Of a stretch of DNA of 64,000 nucleotides, positions 61,156 to 64,000 are shown in pieces. Position numbers and translations under genes: made by a program. This stretch comes from Elsinoe ampelina (taxonomy: Eukaryota). Position 1 is the first letter of the stretch. Every line of letters begins with the position of its first letter. The DNA lies in the NCBI GenBank assembly GCA_010093995.1, contig ML992503.1:1863328-1927327 (forward strand). The letters are read 5' to 3'. The notes under the pieces are model-generated. The model was not told the DNA's origin. It searched no databases and worked only from the letters and a program-made list of their open reading frames with translations.

Positions 61156-62145
61156 ATGAGACTCTCAATCATCCCAGCACTCGCAGTCTTTCATTTCGCC
61201 ACTGCTGCGAGCATACCCAGAGCGAGTTCATCCGGCAGTCCAGTCCTTAAAGGACTCTATGCGGACCCTAACATTGCTGTCTTCGGCGACAACTATTACA
61301 TCTATGCAACCACAGATGGCTTTCCAGGCTGGGGCGGTCAAGTCTTCTACACTTGGCAGTCACCTAACCTGGTAGACTGGACTCGCGCCGAGCAGCCTTT
61401 CCTCGTCCTGAACGGTACCAGTGGCAACGTGCCCTGGGCAGTAGGCAACGCATGGGCACCGACGATCATCTCAAGAGACGACAAGTACTACTTTTACTTC
61501 TCCGGGCAGAACTCACAGTACAACCGCAAGACTATTGGTGTCGCCGTTGCATCAGACCCTGCAGGACCCTTCACTGCTCAACCGCAAGCTATGATCCTGA
61601 ACAACGAGCCCATCACATCAGGTCAGGCAATCGATCCACAAGCCTTCCGCGACCCGGAGACTGGTATCCACTGGCTGCTGTGGGGCAATGGCAAGCCTCT
61701 CCAGGCGCAGCTCAACGACGACATGACCAGCATCAAGGTCGATACGCTGGCTGCAATGACCGGCCTCACCGATTATCGAGAAGGCTCGTTTCTCGTATAC
61801 CGTGATGGTACTTACCATCTGACATACTCCGTGGACGACACGAGATCCGAGAACTATCGTGTCGGGTATGCCACGGCAGGCAGCATCACCGGGCCGTGGA
61901 CCTACCGGGGTGTAGTCCTTCAGAAGGACGTAAGCCAGGGTATCCTTGGGACTGGACATAACTCGATCGTCAACGTGCCGGGTACTGATGAATGGTATAT
62001 TGCGTACCATCGCTTTGCGATCCCTGGTGGAAACGGGACGAGCAGGGAGACGTGCTTGGATCGATTGACCTTTAACGCGGAGACAGGACTCATTGACGCC
62101 GTCAAGCCGACGCTGACAGGTGTTGAGGCCAGGCCTCTTGCGTAG
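61156..62145 (+). CDS. Secreted glycoside hydrolase family 43 protein
   Basis: Signal peptide; YADPNI, WAPT, AIDP, REG, GTGHNS, YHR. Confidence 0.92.
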   Translation: MRLSIIPALAVFHFATAASIPRASSSGSPVLKGLYADPNIAVFGDNYYIYATTDGFPGWGGQVFYTWQSPNLVDWTRAEQPFLVLNGTSGNVPWAVGNAWAPTIISRDDKYYFYFSGQNSQYNRKTIGVAVASDPAGPFTAQPQAMILNNEPITSGQAIDPQAFRDPETGIHWLLWGNGKPLQAQLNDDMTSIKVDTLAAMTGLTDYREGSFLVYRDGTYHLTYSVDDTRSENYRVGYATAGSITGPWTYRGVVLQKDVSQGILGTGHNSIVNVPGTDEWYIAYHRFAIPGGNGTSRETCLDRLTFNAETGLIDAVKPTLTGVEARPLA

Positions 62146-62603
62146 ATAGAAGACAGATTGGATATTATGAAAAGCTGAGTGGCAAGCCTCGTATCATCAA
62201 AGATGCATCGTGTGAAGTGCATTGCTTCGACCACTCGTTGGGCCGATAGTCTGGTACATCTGTTCTCGATCCGCGGTGCAGCCGCATATGCTCGAGCGTG
62301 ACACCCTGCTGCCCAACATGATCGTCTGGACCTTAAACAGATATGTTTGTTGTTGGAAGAAAGGATTAGACCACATGAAGGGTGCCGCCGAACAAAGAGG
62401 CTAGAGTATCACAGCCAATCACAGCACGTTCTGTCTCGCCCGGACCGATCATCCGCCGAGCAACGACATCATCGGAAAACAGTCCAAGCCGCCAGGTTGT
62501 TGAAGGTACTACTATTATTCACAAATTCCCACAGCTCTACTACAAGGATACCTCACTTTCCAACACCACTCTTCCACACTCGCAAACGAATACAGAACTC
62601 ACA

Positions 62604-63731
62604 ATGCCACCACCACTCCAAATCTCCATCCCAACGACCCACACCTCCCCGTCACCCTCCCCTCACACAGTCTACAACATAACCCTCACCCTCCCCCTCC
62701 GCTCCCACATCCTCCAAAAACGCTACTCCGACTTCCTCACCCTCCACAGCACCCTCACCTCCGAAACCAAACTCGCCCCACCCCTCACCCCACCCCCGAA
62801 ATCCTGGCTGCGCTCCACCGTCTCCTCCCCCGACCTCGTCGAGACCCGGCGGCGCTCCCTCGAATCCTACCTCCGCGCCATCCTCGACGCAGACGACTCA
62901 CGATGGCGCCAATCCGCAGCATGGCGCACCTTCCTCTCCCTGCCCGCGAACCTAGTCGCAAAACCCGCCTCCTCCTCCTCCTCCTCCACCGCCGCCGCGG
63001 CTGCTCCAGGCCCAGACGCCCTCGACGCCAACGCCTGGCTCGCGCTCCACCGCGAGATCAAGTCTCGCATCCACGAAGCCCGTCTCGCGCTGCGCCAGAG
63101 GGAACAGGCTTCCACGACGACAGAGCAGCATGCCGCCGCGGCGGAGGTCAAGGCCGCGCTGGTCAAGGCCGCGACGGGCATCGCGCGGTGCGAGGGCGCG
63201 CTCAAGACGCTGGCCGACGGGGATAGTTGGGGCGGCGGCCTGGGCGACGGTGAGGTCCGGCGGCGGCGGGATTTGCTGGTTGCGGCGCGGAAAGAGGTCG
63301 AGGGGCTGGAGACGCAGTTGCGGGGATTGGCGGTCAAGAGCCTGGGGCCGGGAGGGGAGATGGGGAGCGCGGTGGCGAGTGGGGCGGATAAGAAGGGGTT
63401 GTGGGAGGGGACTGCGGTGGCCTCGGGAGGGGCGGGGCAAGGGAAGGGGCCCATCAAGACTGGACGGGTGTTGGGAGCGCATAAGGAGACGGAACGCACG
63501 AGGGAGTTGGACAATAAGCAGGTGTTGCAGTTGCAGAAGGATGTGATGGTGGAGCAGGAGCAGGATGTGTTGGAGATTGGAAAGGCGGTGAGTCGGATGA
63601 AGGAGATGGGGATATTGATCAATGAGGAGCTGGTGGTGCAGAATCAGATGCTGGGCATGTTGGAGGGGGATGTGGATCGGGTGCAGGGCAAGTTGGACGT
63701 GGGGAAAAAAAGGATCGCGAAGATCCATTGA
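62604..63731 (+). CDS. vam7: Vacuolar SNARE with PX and Qc-SNARE domains
   Basis: PX motifs (HTVYNI, KRYSDF, PPK, RRRSLESYL); C-terminal RVLG...ETERTRELDN SNARE helix with no TM segment. Confidence 0.9.
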   Translation: MPPPLQISIPTTHTSPSPSPHTVYNITLTLPLRSHILQKRYSDFLTLHSTLTSETKLAPPLTPPPKSWLRSTVSSPDLVETRRRSLESYLRAILDADDSRWRQSAAWRTFLSLPANLVAKPASSSSSSTAAAAAPGPDALDANAWLALHREIKSRIHEARLALRQREQASTTTEQHAAAAEVKAALVKAATGIARCEGALKTLADGDSWGGGLGDGEVRRRRDLLVAARKEVEGLETQLRGLAVKSLGPGGEMGSAVASGADKKGLWEGTAVASGGAGQGKGPIKTGRVLGAHKETERTRELDNKQVLQLQKDVMVEQEQDVLEIGKAVSRMKEMGILINEELVVQNQMLGMLEGDVDRVQGKLDVGKKRIAKIH

Positions 63732-64000
63732 GATGCATATTGATGGCGTGGGATTTCATGTTTCGATTCAGCGAGCGAGCAAATCTTTGCACAGAGCATA
63801 ACCAGTCTGGACCTGATGTCAATTTATTGCTTTTACCGGACTTTGTAGATGATGATCTGAGATGTTCACCCTTTTGACAAGATGAAGAGACTATCTGCTC
63901 CTCCCAATGCTCCCACCTTTTTGCACGCCTGCAAGTCTGCATATCGACTGCGAGCTTCATGAGCGGTCTGACTCGAGAGGTTCCGCTGGCGCGACATTGT

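Overview
Gene-dense eukaryotic DNA from a filamentous ascomycete (Pezizomycotina). Introns are short (45-140 nt) with CTRAC branch sites, and the left end (1-790) is a RIP-mutated AT-rich repeat relic. About 30 protein-coding genes can be reconstructed. From left to right: a block of secreted/surface proteins next to the RIP region (a 1354-aa apple/PAN-domain protein, a carboxylesterase and a fasciclin); a polyol/sugar catabolic cluster (LAD/LadB-like dehydrogenase, Ldh2-family dehydrogenase, a 5'-truncated SDR, a Gal4-like Zn2Cys6 regulator and a second SDR); an F-box/WD40 gene; rps7; the divergent gaaA-gaaC galacturonate pair; a TAP-like hydrolase; biotin synthase; a GH3 beta-glucosidase; NDUFAF5; GST; dynactin p62; m-AAA protease; Nse3; SF3B5; Rpc11; Soh1/Med31; two divergent GH43 genes; and Vam7. 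Three observations stand out. (1) About 14 roughly 0.5-1.2 kb domains switch from C/A-rich to G/T-rich on the + strand whatever the gene orientation. (2) The polyol cluster looks self-regulating: its Gal4-like factor is matched by CGG-N11-CCG sites in both catabolic promoters, and it includes an unexplained Ldh2-family enzyme. (3) soh1/MED31 has an in-frame GC-AG intron whose donor is buried in a hairpin. Family assignments come from recognised motifs, not database searches; exon boundaries were inferred by eye.
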